Below, piece after piece: positions 23,396-32,707 of a stretch of 64,000 nucleotides of DNA. A model generated the notes under the pieces. It saw only the letters and a program-made list of their open reading frames with translations. It did no database searches and was not told the DNA's origin. Numbering within the stretch: the first letter of the stretch is position 1; every line of letters begins with the position of its first letter. Both the position numbers and the translations under genes were made by a program. The DNA is taken from the NCBI GenBank assembly GCA_903895995.1, contig CAITVX010000014.1:20741-84740 (forward strand). The letters run 5' to 3'. The stretch comes from an uncultured Actinomycetes bacterium. GTDB lineage: Bacteria > Actinomycetota > Actinomycetes > Nanopelagicales > Nanopelagicaceae.

Positions 23396-24727
23396 GTGAA
23401 TAGAAGTAGTAGGAATAGGACGGGTAAAGCTTTACCCGGCTGGATGCGGGGTGAGTCGCTAAGGGTACGCACCCGAGAAATATGGGTCAAACTGCCAAAA
23501 GCCAGTACGCGACCCCTTCAAGGTGGCTACGATGCAATCGTGCGTGAATATCTGCGAATCTTCCAATATCGGGGAGCTACATCCATGATTCTCGCCTCAT
23601 TCCCCGCTCGTTTGGCCTACGGCATGATCGGATTAGGTCTCTATTTCAAGACCTACCACGCGCTTCACTCCATCGCCTTTGCCGGATTCGTGGCCGGATT
23701 GAACGGCATATCTGGGGCGCTCTCAACAAGTATCCGCACATCGATGATTGATCGATTTGGCATGCGTATCCCCCTACGAATCTTTGTCCCGCTCTATGCA
23801 AGTGCAATCCTGCTACTCAACTTTGTGCATGGACGAACTTCTCTCGTCTTTGCTGCATTCTTCTTAGGAATTTGTGGTCCTCCCATTAACCTTTCAATAC
23901 GACCACTCTGGCGCCACATTGTTCCACCGCACGATATGCGCAAGGCACTTGCAATTGATACTTCCGTCATGACAACTGCTTCGATTTTTGGTCCGGTACT
24001 TGTTACCTATCTTTCACTTTCCGCCCATCCCGCTTCTGCTCTTCTGACTTGCTCAGCTTTAATTTTCCTTGGGGGTATCTCACTCTCTGTTCTATCTGTC
24101 ACCAATCAATGGAAACCCGAAGTGAAATCAAAATCTGATATCGGGATATTCCGTGTACCAGGTATTCGACTTTTGATGGTCGAAGGAATCATCATTGGGC
24201 TTGGAGCAGGAATGTTCCAGATTGCAGTCCCTGCATTCACATCTATTCGCCATGTAGAACGTCTCACTGGAACAATCTTTGCTGTCAGCAGCATTGCCAG
24301 CATTATCGGCGCACTCCTCGCAGGAGTGATTGGTAAGCACCTGACGCCACTCAATGCATTTATTCGAAACTATTACCTTTGGGCGCTCGTTGGATTACCG
24401 CTCTTTCTTACAACGCCGGGATGGTCTCTTATGTTGGTGGGAGGACTTATAGGCCTAACCGTTGGATCTCAACAAGTCTTCTATCTCGAAATAGTTGAAG
24501 CAGTTCGCCCTCGAGGAACTGCTGCATCAGCGCTCGGATGGATGTGGACAGTTGAAGGAAGTGCAGCATCTGTCGGGTCATGGATCGGTGGGTCACTTTC
24601 TCAATCAGTCTCACCGCAATTTTGTTTCTTATGTACAAGTATTTCAGTTGTCATCGGAGCGGTCATGGTTCGCTCTGGAAAAGGTCTATTGAAAGCCGCT
24701 GACAAGTTTGGTCCTCGCGAAGATTAA
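23396..24727 (+). CDS. MFS-type transporter; the start is uncertain
   Basis: About 12 hydrophobic helices. The ORF-track GTG at 23396 lies only 13 nt from the rpsA start and adds an Arg-rich, non-membrane extension. More plausible in-frame starts are GTG at 23540 (VREYLRIFQYRGATSMILASFPARLAYGM) or ATG at 23585, which is preceded by GGGGAG. Confidence 0.75.
   Translation: MNRSSRNRTGKALPGWMRGESLRVRTREIWVKLPKASTRPLQGGYDAIVREYLRIFQYRGATSMILASFPARLAYGMIGLGLYFKTYHALHSIAFAGFVAGLNGISGALSTSIRTSMIDRFGMRIPLRIFVPLYASAILLLNFVHGRTSLVFAAFFLGICGPPINLSIRPLWRHIVPPHDMRKALAIDTSVMTTASIFGPVLVTYLSLSAHPASALLTCSALIFLGGISLSVLSVTNQWKPEVKSKSDIGIFRVPGIRLLMVEGIIIGLGAGMFQIAVPAFTSIRHVERLTGTIFAVSSIASIIGALLAGVIGKHLTPLNAFIRNYYLWALVGLPLFLTTPGWSLMLVGGLIGLTVGSQQVFYLEIVEAVRPRGTAASALGWMWTVEGSAASVGSWIGGSLSQSVSPQFCFLCTSISVVIGAVMVRSGKGLLKAADKFGPRED
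23421..23438. promoter_or_regulatory. Perfect 18-bp palindrome CGGGTAAAGCTTTACCCG in the rpsA/MFS divergent region; candidate operator or 5'-UTR hairpin
   Basis: Read directly from the sequence, 38 nt upstream of the rpsA TTG. About 0.24 perfect 9+9 palindromes are expected by chance in 64 kb (64000/4^9), and far fewer in the small intergenic fraction. Confidence 0.45.
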
Positions 24728-24733
24728 TTGCAG

Positions 24734-27355
24734 TTAGTGCGCGGCCAAATCCCAGCTCTTCCCGATGCCAATATTCACATCTAGCGGGAGCGACAATTCA
24801 ACCGCCTGCGACATCTCAGCCTGAACGAGGGTAGAGAGAACTTCGCTCTCCCCGGGAGCAATCTCAAAAATAAGTTCATCGTGGACTTGTAAGAGCAAGC
24901 GTGATTTCAATTCCTCGACCCGCATCTTCTTTGCAACATTGAGCATTGCGACTTTCATGATGTCGGCCGCTGATCCTTGGATAGGAGCGTTGAGAGCCAT
25001 ACGTTCTGCAACTTCACGTTGTTGGCGGTTCTCAGAGTTTAAATCTGGAAGATATCGTCTGCGGCCAAGAATCGTCTCTGTATATCCACGTTCGCGAGCT
25101 TCAATGACAACCGTCTTCAGGTAATCACGAATACCACCGAAGCGATCAAAGTAACTACCCATAAGTGCAGCCGCTTCTGTTGGTGAGAGATTGAGTTGTT
25201 GGGATAACCCAAATGCAGATAGGCCATATGCCAGACCGTATGACATTGCCTTTATTTGGCGGCGCATCTCAGGGTCTACATCTTTCGGCTTTACGCCGAA
25301 GACCTGTGCACCAACAGTTGTGTGAAGATCTTCGCCACTCTTAAAGGCTTCGATAAGAGCCGCATCTTTAGAGAGGTGGGCCATGATGCGCATCTCGATC
25401 TGACTGTAATCAGCTGTTAAGAGATCAACATATGGCGTTGCTGCAACGAAACAGTCACGAATTCTGCGACCTTCTTCGGTACGTACTGGAATATTCTGCA
25501 GGTTCGGATCAGTAGATGAGAGTCGTCCTGTTGCTGTGACAGTCTGCTGAAACGTTGTATGGATTCTTCCATCTGATGCAGTTGCAGTAGTGAGACCGTC
25601 AATTGTTGTAAGTAACTTTGTCGTCTCACGGATACGCAAGAGGTGGGCCAGGATTGGGTGAGCAGTCTTCGCAAAGAGAGTTTCAAGGCTCTCTGCATCG
25701 GTGGTGAATCCCGTCTTGATCTTCTTGGTTTTTGGTAGGCCAAGCTCATCGAAGAGAATGACTTGCAGCTGCTTAGGTGAACCTACATTGAACTCTCTAC
25801 CCGCTTCTTTATGAGCAGCGCTCGTCTCTCGATCAACTTCGCCACGAAAATAGGCAGATAGATCGGTGAGTTTCTTTGAATCCACAGCGATTCCATCCTG
25901 CTCCATCGCGGCAAGCTCAATCATTGTTGGAATTTCTAGATCAGTGAGGAGTGAACGCATATTCCGAGCTTGAATCTCTTTCTCTAAGACTGGTACAAGG
26001 CAATAAATCACTGCTGCTAAGGAGCCATCAAATGAGGTGAAGAGGTCTTCGTTTTCGACAGCAACGCTCTGGCCTAGATAGCGTTGAGAGAGATCTGCTA
26101 TCTCAAGGTTACGTCCGCCAGGATTGATCAGATAGGCAGCAAGCTCTGTATCGAAGGTGATTCCCTCTATGCCAGATGCACGTGCAAAAACTTTGCCTGC
26201 GTGTACCCACTTCGGAAGGTTTCTATCTGTAAGCCACTCCCCTTGTGGTGATCCCACGACGGTATAGATCTGGGATTCGTTCACAGCAACGGCAAAAGCG
26301 GTGATCGATGAATCGATTACTTCAGCAAAGAGTGCGATAGGCGCAGTTCTACCAGCAAGAATCTTTGTGAGATCTTTATTGGTTGATTCTTGAGTGGTTG
26401 CCTTATCCATTGTTGCGAGCTGGGGAACGGGAGTTTCTGCAGAACCTGTACCTAAAACCTTTGCCTTCTCTTTGAGTGCCTTAATCTCGAGTTGATCCAT
26501 AAGTGCATTGAGTTTTGGAAAGTCGACCCCAGGCCACTCAAGCTCAGTAACACTCGCACCAAATGAGAGGTCATGTCGTAATTGTGTGAGCTCTCGATTG
26601 AGGCGAATTGCATCTACATGGGCTCGAAGAGAATCACCCACCTTGCCAGTTATCTCAGGTGCATGCGCAAGAAGTCCATCAAGATTTCCATACTCCTGAA
26701 TCCATTTCGTTGCTGTCTTCTCGCCAACTCCGGGTACCGACGGGAGGTTGTCACTCGGGTCTCCTCGAAGAGCTGCAAAATCTGGATACTGCAATGGGGT
26801 TAATCCGTACTTCTCTTCTACTGCCGCAGGTGTCATGCGAGCTAAATCTGTCATCCCCTTCTTGGGATAGAGGACGGTGATATTTTCGTTGACGAGTTGG
26901 AATGAATCACGATCACCTGTGCAGATGAGCACTTCGTATCCCTGCTCGGCTGCGTGAGTGGAGATTGTTGCAATGATGTCATCGGCTTCAAATCCCTCCA
27001 TCGCAAAGTGGCGGATTCCAAGTGCCGAAACAGATTCGAAGATAAAACCCATCTGGGATCTAAACTCATCAGGAGTCGCACTTCGATTTGCCTTGTACTC
27101 GGGAAATTTCTCCGATCGGAATGTCTTCCGCGATACATCGAAGGCGGTCGCAATATGGGTCGGCTTCTCTTCTTTAATGAGGTTGATCAACATGGATGTG
27201 AAGCCATAGATCGCATTGGTTGCTTGGCCTGAGGCAGTTGAGAAGTTCTCCACCGGGAGCGCGTAGAAAGCGCGGTAGGCCAAGGAATGGCCATCGACCA
27301 GCAATAAGCGTTTCTCTACAGTCACGAGGTGGAGTCTAGTTAGACTGACGCCCAT
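24734..27355 (-). CDS. polA: DNA polymerase I
   Basis: 873 aa. 5'-nuclease N-terminus LLLVDGHSLAYRAFYAL, and polymerase motifs DYSQIEMRIMAH and QVHDELIFE. An alternative GTG start lies at 27325. Confidence 0.96.
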   Translation of the reverse strand: MGVSLTRLHLVTVEKRLLLVDGHSLAYRAFYALPVENFSTASGQATNAIYGFTSMLINLIKEEKPTHIATAFDVSRKTFRSEKFPEYKANRSATPDEFRSQMGFIFESVSALGIRHFAMEGFEADDIIATISTHAAEQGYEVLICTGDRDSFQLVNENITVLYPKKGMTDLARMTPAAVEEKYGLTPLQYPDFAALRGDPSDNLPSVPGVGEKTATKWIQEYGNLDGLLAHAPEITGKVGDSLRAHVDAIRLNRELTQLRHDLSFGASVTELEWPGVDFPKLNALMDQLEIKALKEKAKVLGTGSAETPVPQLATMDKATTQESTNKDLTKILAGRTAPIALFAEVIDSSITAFAVAVNESQIYTVVGSPQGEWLTDRNLPKWVHAGKVFARASGIEGITFDTELAAYLINPGGRNLEIADLSQRYLGQSVAVENEDLFTSFDGSLAAVIYCLVPVLEKEIQARNMRSLLTDLEIPTMIELAAMEQDGIAVDSKKLTDLSAYFRGEVDRETSAAHKEAGREFNVGSPKQLQVILFDELGLPKTKKIKTGFTTDAESLETLFAKTAHPILAHLLRIRETTKLLTTIDGLTTATASDGRIHTTFQQTVTATGRLSSTDPNLQNIPVRTEEGRRIRDCFVAATPYVDLLTADYSQIEMRIMAHLSKDAALIEAFKSGEDLHTTVGAQVFGVKPKDVDPEMRRQIKAMSYGLAYGLSAFGLSQQLNLSPTEAAALMGSYFDRFGGIRDYLKTVVIEARERGYTETILGRRRYLPDLNSENRQQREVAERMALNAPIQGSAADIMKVAMLNVAKKMRVEELKSRLLLQVHDELIFEIAPGESEVLSTLVQAEMSQAVELSLPLDVNIGIGKSWDLAAH

Positions 27356-27761
27356 GACCGACTATCTCGCAGTTATTCGTCAACGTGGCAGTGGCGCTTT
27401 AGATAAGAAAATGGGGATTGAATTCCTCGAAGCCTCTCCAGAACGTCTAGTGGCTCGAATGCCTGTTGAAGGTAATACCCAACCATTCGGACTTTTGCAC
27501 GGAGGTGCAAATGTCGTCTTGGCGGAGAGCTTGGGATCTGTTGGTACGAGCTTGCATGCTGGACCAGATCGCCAAATCGTTGGAGTGGATATCAACGCGA
27601 CTCATCATAAATCAGCAACCTCTGGTTTTGTTACGGGCGTTGCGACTGCAATTTCACTGGGTAAGACCTTATGTGTCTATGACGTTGTTATAACAAATGA
27701 GGCAGGTGAGCGCACCTGTACTTCGCGCATCACCTGCCTCATCTTGGCAGAACGTAAATAA
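27354..27761 (+). CDS. PaaI/YbdB-family hotdog-fold thioesterase
   Basis: 135 aa with the motif FGLLHGGANVVLAESLGS. The N-terminal length matches this family. Confidence 0.8.
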   Translation: MTDYLAVIRQRGSGALDKKMGIEFLEASPERLVARMPVEGNTQPFGLLHGGANVVLAESLGSVGTSLHAGPDRQIVGVDINATHHKSATSGFVTGVATAISLGKTLCVYDVVITNEAGERTCTSRITCLILAERK

Positions 27762-27767
27762 TCCGCG

Positions 27768-28493
27768 TTAGGAGTGAGCACCGGTTCCGAGGTATGCCTC
27801 GCGAACTGCTGGATCGTTAAGTAGATCTGAAGCCTTTGCCTCCTTCACAACTTTGCCTGTCTCAAGAACATAGGCGCGATTTGCACGCTGCAAGGCTTGC
27901 TGTGCATTCTGTTCAACGAGAAGGATCGTTGTTCCGAGAGCGGTGTTGATCTCAGTAATGATATTGAAGATATTTTGGATCATCATCGGCGCAAGTCCCA
28001 TAGATGGTTCATCCAGTAAGAGAACTTTTGGACGTGCCATAAGCGCACGACCAATCGCAAGCATCTGTTGCTCGCCGCCTGAGAGAGTTCCACCTGCTTG
28101 TGATGTACGTTCTTTCAAACGTGGAAAGAGGTGATAGACCTTCTCTAGATCTTCATTCATCTCTGCTCTGCGATCTTTTCTAAAGTACTTACCGATCTCG
28201 AGGTTCTCAAGAACAGTCATACCAGGGAAAATTCCGCGGCCCTCAGGCACTTGTGAGATACCAATCTCTACACGCTCGTGAGCAGACATTCCTGAAATAT
28301 CTTGACCATCGAAGATAATCGCACCAGATGAAACTGGGCGAAGGCCTGAGACAGTCTTCAGAGTTGTTGTCTTGCCAGCGCCATTTGCACCAATCAAGGT
28401 AACAATTTCACCTTGGTTGACGACAACGCTAATGCCTTTGATTGCCTCAATCTTGCCGTAGAAGACATGGAGATCTTTAATTTCAAGACGCAT
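27768..28493 (-). CDS. livF: Branched-chain amino acid ABC transporter ATP-binding protein (LivF type)
   Basis: Walker A GANGAGKTT, signature LSGGEQQML and Walker B LLLDEPS. Confidence 0.9.
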   Translation of the reverse strand: MRLEIKDLHVFYGKIEAIKGISVVVNQGEIVTLIGANGAGKTTTLKTVSGLRPVSSGAIIFDGQDISGMSAHERVEIGISQVPEGRGIFPGMTVLENLEIGKYFRKDRRAEMNEDLEKVYHLFPRLKERTSQAGGTLSGGEQQMLAIGRALMARPKVLLLDEPSMGLAPMMIQNIFNIITEINTALGTTILLVEQNAQQALQRANRAYVLETGKVVKEAKASDLLNDPAVREAYLGTGAHS

Positions 28494-29268
28494 CAGATGG
28501 CACTCCTAAGTAGGCTTCAATAACCTTCGGATCATTCTGAACAACGCTTGGCAGATCATCGGCAATCTTCTTGCCAAAGTCGAGTACGACGACGCGATCA
28601 GAGATTCCCATAATCAGAGACATATCGTGTTCGATCAAGAGGACGGTATAACCAGCATCGCGGATACGTTTAATATCCTTTGCAAGTGCAACCTTCTCTG
28701 CAGGGTTAAATCCAGCAGCCGGCTCATCTAAGAGAAGCAACTGCGGATCAGTTCCGAGTGCACGTGCAATCTCAAGGCGACGTTGATCTCCGTAAGGCAA
28801 GTTCTTCGCCAATTGATCGGCGCGATGATCGATTCCCAAGAATTCAAGAAGTTTGTGAGCCTTAATAGCGCTCTCCTTCTCTTCCCGACGTGAACGAGGT
28901 GATCCAAAGAGTGCTCCAACGAGTCCACTCTTCTTATGAACATCAGTTGCCGTAATAACGTTTTCGAGAGCTGTCATATCTCCGAAGAGGCGAACATTCT
29001 GGAATGTGCGAGCGATACCCATTGCGGTGATTTTGTTTCGCTTCTTACCGGCAAGGTTCTGACCATTAAAACGAATCTCTCCTCCGGTGACAGAGTAGAC
29101 GCCTGTGATCACGTTGAAGACTGTTGTCTTACCAGCTCCATTAGGACCGATAAGAGCGCAGATCTCACCCTTCTTGACTGAGAAGTTGACGGTATCGAGA
29201 GCACGTACGCCACCAAACTGCATGACGACGTTATCCATCTCAAGAATCGGTGCAGATGTATCAGACAT
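28483..29268 (-). CDS. livG: Branched-chain amino acid ABC transporter ATP-binding protein (LivG type)
   Basis: Walker A GPNGAGKTT and the motif LPYGDQRRLEIARAL. I moved the start to ATG at 29268 (MSDTSAPILEMDNV), which overlaps the livM stop by 8 nt. Confidence 0.9.
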   Translation of the reverse strand: MSDTSAPILEMDNVVMQFGGVRALDTVNFSVKKGEICALIGPNGAGKTTVFNVITGVYSVTGGEIRFNGQNLAGKKRNKITAMGIARTFQNVRLFGDMTALENVITATDVHKKSGLVGALFGSPRSRREEKESAIKAHKLLEFLGIDHRADQLAKNLPYGDQRRLEIARALGTDPQLLLLDEPAAGFNPAEKVALAKDIKRIRDAGYTVLLIEHDMSLIMGISDRVVVLDFGKKIADDLPSVVQNDPKVIEAYLGVPSDAS

Positions 29269-30310
29269 TATCCACCGCTCTCTTCGCCTTGATCTTCTCG
29301 CGCTTCTTACGCGGCAAGAGACCATCGGGACGTAAATTCATGATGACAACTAGAACAAGACCAAATACCAACTGACGAGCATTTGTGATGAATCGAATGC
29401 GCTCTGGAATATAAGCAAGAATTACGCCACCAAACACCACGCCCCACATATTTCCCATTCCGCCGAAGACGATACAAGAGAGAATCAATACCGAGACGTT
29501 AAAGGTGAACATCTGGGGTGCAATTACTAATACTTTAGCTGCGTAGATTACTCCCGCTGCCCCGCCAACCGCTGCACCAATACTAAAAGACCAGATCTTG
29601 TAACGAAGGGTTGCTACGCCCATGAGCATCGCCACATCTTCATCCTGACGAATCGCTTCCCATGCGCGTCCTGGACGACGTACTGATAGGCGACGAATCA
29701 TCCAGATAACAAGTAAAATCATTCCAAAGACGAGCCAGAAATAATTCACAGGATGCATGATGTCGAATTTCAAACCAGCGATTTCGGGTGGTCCAGGAAT
29801 TCGAGCAATTCCGTTTGTTCCACCAGTGATAGAAATATTGAGGGTGACAATACGAACGATCTCACCAAAACCGAGAGTCACGATTGCGAGGTAATCACCG
29901 CGTAGTCGCAGTGTTGGTAGACCAAGTAGTACCCCTGAGAGCATCGCAAGTCCCATACCGATCGGAAGAATCTCCCAGGCATTCAGATGAGTCTTTGTTC
30001 CGAGAATCGCTTGTGTATATGCACCAATAGCAAAAAATGCTACATATCCAAGATCGAGTAATCCGCTCTTACCAACAACGATATTTAATCCAAGCGCCAT
30101 CAGTACAAACATGCCAATCGGATAGACCAAGACATCTTGATATGAAGCAATTGGTGTATCCAAAATGCTCGTGAAGGAGAAGTTACCCGCGAACGGCATC
30201 AAGATAACTAGCCCAATGAGCGCGATGACAAAGATTGTACGACGTGGACGATCCCAACTCTCCCAGAGAGCTGCACCCTTATCGCGCAGATTAATATTCT
30301 TTAGATTCAT
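29261..30310 (-). CDS. livM: Branched-chain amino acid ABC transporter permease (LivM type)
   Basis: Polytopic permease. I moved the start to ATG at 30310 (MNLKNINLRDKG), 2 nt after the livH stop. Confidence 0.88.
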   Translation of the reverse strand: MNLKNINLRDKGAALWESWDRPRRTIFVIALIGLVILMPFAGNFSFTSILDTPIASYQDVLVYPIGMFVLMALGLNIVVGKSGLLDLGYVAFFAIGAYTQAILGTKTHLNAWEILPIGMGLAMLSGVLLGLPTLRLRGDYLAIVTLGFGEIVRIVTLNISITGGTNGIARIPGPPEIAGLKFDIMHPVNYFWLVFGMILLVIWMIRRLSVRRPGRAWEAIRQDEDVAMLMGVATLRYKIWSFSIGAAVGGAAGVIYAAKVLVIAPQMFTFNVSVLILSCIVFGGMGNMWGVVFGGVILAYIPERIRFITNARQLVFGLVLVVIMNLRPDGLLPRKKREKIKAKRAVDNV

Positions 30311-30312
30311 CG

Positions 30313-31266
30313 TTAAACCCTCGTCTGCTGGATTGCTTCGCCAAAGATTCCATTTGGACGAACTAATAGAACAAGAACCAATACGACGAAGACAGTCACA
30401 GATTTCCATTGGCTGCCAAGGACCGCTGCTGACATGGTCTCAAGTAATCCAAGGGAAATTCCGCCGAAGAAGGCTCCTCGGAGATTTCCGATTCCACCCA
30501 GAACTGCGGCGGTAAATGCTGCCAAACCAAGGTTAAAACCGACGTTGAACTTCGTAGTCTCATAGACCGTCATGAAGAAGAATGATGCGGCGCCAGTCAT
30601 GAGGCCACCGATAAGAAATGTTACTGAGATGACGCGATTGAGGTTGATGCCCATCAACTTTGCATTCTCTTCAGACATCGAAACAGCGCGAATAGCTTTA
30701 CCTAAGCGGCTCTTATTGACGAAACGATCAAGAGCGATAAACATAAGAAGAGCTGATACAACAACAAGGACGGTATCCACACGGAAATTTGCACCTGCGA
30801 AATGTCCTAAAGAACTCTTTTCGAGAAGTCTTGGGTTTGCCTGTGGGCGTGAGTGGGTCAAGATACGAGCACTCTCACTCAGAACGATTGACATTCCAAT
30901 TGCAGAGATCAAGCTCGCCAAACGGTTAGTTCCTTTAGCGCGCAGTCTGCGGTATGCAAAGAACTCGACCGCGAGTGCTGTGATTCCAGATGAGAGCATG
31001 GCGACTACAAGGGCAAAGAGAAGTGTGTAAATTAATTGAAAGCCATGGATTGGGCTAGAGCCGGATGTATGCCCTGTCAGGCCGGTCTCAACCCAGACTG
31101 TGGCGAAGGTTCCAACCATAAAAATTTCAGAGTTTGCAAAATTAATGAGGCGCAATACGCCATAGACCATGGTGTAGCCGAGGGAGATCAGTACGTAGAT
31201 CAATCCCAAGCTAATACCGCTCAGACAGAGCGACCAGAATTGGCTCGTTAGAACGGAGAAATTCAT
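30313..31266 (-). CDS. livH: Branched-chain amino acid ABC transporter permease (LivH type)
   Basis: 317-aa polytopic permease in an operon with livM, livG and livF. Confidence 0.9.
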   Translation of the reverse strand: MNFSVLTSQFWSLCLSGISLGLIYVLISLGYTMVYGVLRLINFANSEIFMVGTFATVWVETGLTGHTSGSSPIHGFQLIYTLLFALVVAMLSSGITALAVEFFAYRRLRAKGTNRLASLISAIGMSIVLSESARILTHSRPQANPRLLEKSSLGHFAGANFRVDTVLVVVSALLMFIALDRFVNKSRLGKAIRAVSMSEENAKLMGINLNRVISVTFLIGGLMTGAASFFFMTVYETTKFNVGFNLGLAAFTAAVLGGIGNLRGAFFGGISLGLLETMSAAVLGSQWKSVTVFVVLVLVLLVRPNGIFGEAIQQTRV

Positions 31267-31340
31267 TAGCTCCCTATTTCTACTTTACACAGTTTGCCTT
31301 GGGCTAAAACCAACCCGAGAAGGTGATAGTACAGAAAATT

Positions 31341-31388
31341 CTCTTGAAAAGAGTGAAGTGTCTGCTGATTACTCCGCAGACACTTCAC
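31341..31388 (-). terminator. Intercistronic hairpin and partial terminator between livK and livH
   Basis: Perfect 13-bp stem (31353..31365 GTGAAGTGTCTGC with 31376..31388 GCAGACACTTCAC) and a 10-nt loop. It is followed on the minus-strand RNA by UCUUUUCAAGAG. A second 8-bp hairpin lies at 31403..31421. Confidence 0.55.
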
Positions 31389-31435
31389 AACTTCAACTAA
31401 CCTGGAAGGTTAAACCTTCCAAAGTTATTTTTAAC

Positions 31436-32596
31436 TTATGCCTGGCCTACGTAAACGATATTTCCGTTTGCATCAAGCTTGAAAGCACCAATTGGCGCTC
31501 CGCCCTTGATATCTCCCCATGATTCAAAGGAGAAAGTTCCACCTGTGAAGTTAGGGAATTTGCCAGTATTTACGCATGTAGCAATCGCTGCACGTGTTGT
31601 CTTGCCCTGCTTGATGCAGGTAAGGAATACGTTTGTAGCGTTAATTGTGTTGGTAGCGTATCCGCCAGCAACCTTAACTCCGCTTGCAGCTGTGAATGCC
31701 TTCTTCTGAGCAGCAGTTGCAACGTTATCGAATGGTGTATCACCTTCGGTTAAACGTGCATCCTTTGCAGCAGCATTTCCTGCAGCCTTTGCGAATGAAG
31801 AAGTCGCTGATCCATCGCCAGAAGCGAAGATACCTGTGTATCCGCCGTCACGAAGTGACTTAACGAATGCGCCTGCATCGATATCGTAACCGCAGTAGAT
31901 AACAACGTTAGCTCCTGAAGCCTTTACCTTTGCAGTTGTTGCTGACCAGTCGGTACCTGTTGTTGGAAGGATGTGATCTGTTCCGACAGTCTTTGCGCCG
32001 ACCTTTGCAAGGCCAGGAACTGTGTACTGAGCAAGACCAGCACCGTAAGGAGATTGGTCATCTACTAAGTAAACAGCAGGTGCTGTAACACCCTTTGTCG
32101 CGTAACGAGCAAGTGCTGGGCCCTGAACGCTGTCGTTACCAACAACGCGGTGGAAGACTGGTCCACCAAAATCAGGAGCCTGTGGTGTTGTAAGAGTCAC
32201 GCGTGAAGCTGAAGGTGAAACCATTGTTAGTCCAGCTGCGATGTAGAACGGGAATGAGTTGGCTGAAGCACCTGAATAAGCAGAACCGATAACGCCGATT
32301 ACTGCCTTATTCTTTGCAACTCCTGGAGCAACTGTTGCTGCTACAGAGCCTGAACCCTGATCGTCAACCTGAATGAGGTTAACCTTGACTGCTGGCTTGC
32401 TTGCATTGTAAACAGCAAGTGCATACTTAGCACCAGCAAGTTCATCTTGACCAGCCTGTGCAGCATCTCCGGTCAATGGACTTTGGAATGCCAATGTAAC
32501 TGTTGTAGCGGCTTGTGCGTGTGTTGCAGTCAATGTTCCAAGTGCAAGGAACGCAGCTGCAGCAGCGCCAAGAACGCGTGTTGAATTCTTGTTCAT
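31436..32596 (-). CDS. livK: Branched-chain amino acid ABC transporter substrate-binding protein (LivK/LivJ-type periplasmic binding fold)
   Basis: I moved the start to ATG at 32596 (MNKNSTRVLGAAAAAFLALGTLTATHAQA), which gives a signal peptide and has a GAAAGG SD upstream. First gene of the liv operon. Confidence 0.85.
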   Translation of the reverse strand: MNKNSTRVLGAAAAAFLALGTLTATHAQAATTVTLAFQSPLTGDAAQAGQDELAGAKYALAVYNASKPAVKVNLIQVDDQGSGSVAATVAPGVAKNKAVIGVIGSAYSGASANSFPFYIAAGLTMVSPSASRVTLTTPQAPDFGGPVFHRVVGNDSVQGPALARYATKGVTAPAVYLVDDQSPYGAGLAQYTVPGLAKVGAKTVGTDHILPTTGTDWSATTAKVKASGANVVIYCGYDIDAGAFVKSLRDGGYTGIFASGDGSATSSFAKAAGNAAAKDARLTEGDTPFDNVATAAQKKAFTAASGVKVAGGYATNTINATNVFLTCIKQGKTTRAAIATCVNTGKFPNFTGGTFSFESWGDIKGGAPIGAFKLDANGNIVYVGQA

Positions 32597-32683
32597 GTAG
32601 ACCTTTCTTACTAACCTGTTGTTTCCCGGGACAGGGAGGTGAGAAGAGTAGCCCGAGGGGTGGCAGCTGGGCAATCTTTTTTA

Positions 32684-32707
32684 CGCCTGATCCACGCTCG
32701 CCAGGCG
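32684..32707. promoter_or_regulatory. Hairpin in the pdtaR-livK spacer (CGCCTG-N12-CAGGCG), flanked by T-runs on the plus strand
   Basis: The plus strand reads TCTTTTTTA-[hairpin]-CTACTTTTATTAC. On the minus (liv) strand the flanks are A-rich, so it looks like a plus-strand terminator rather than a liv-strand one. Confidence 0.35.
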
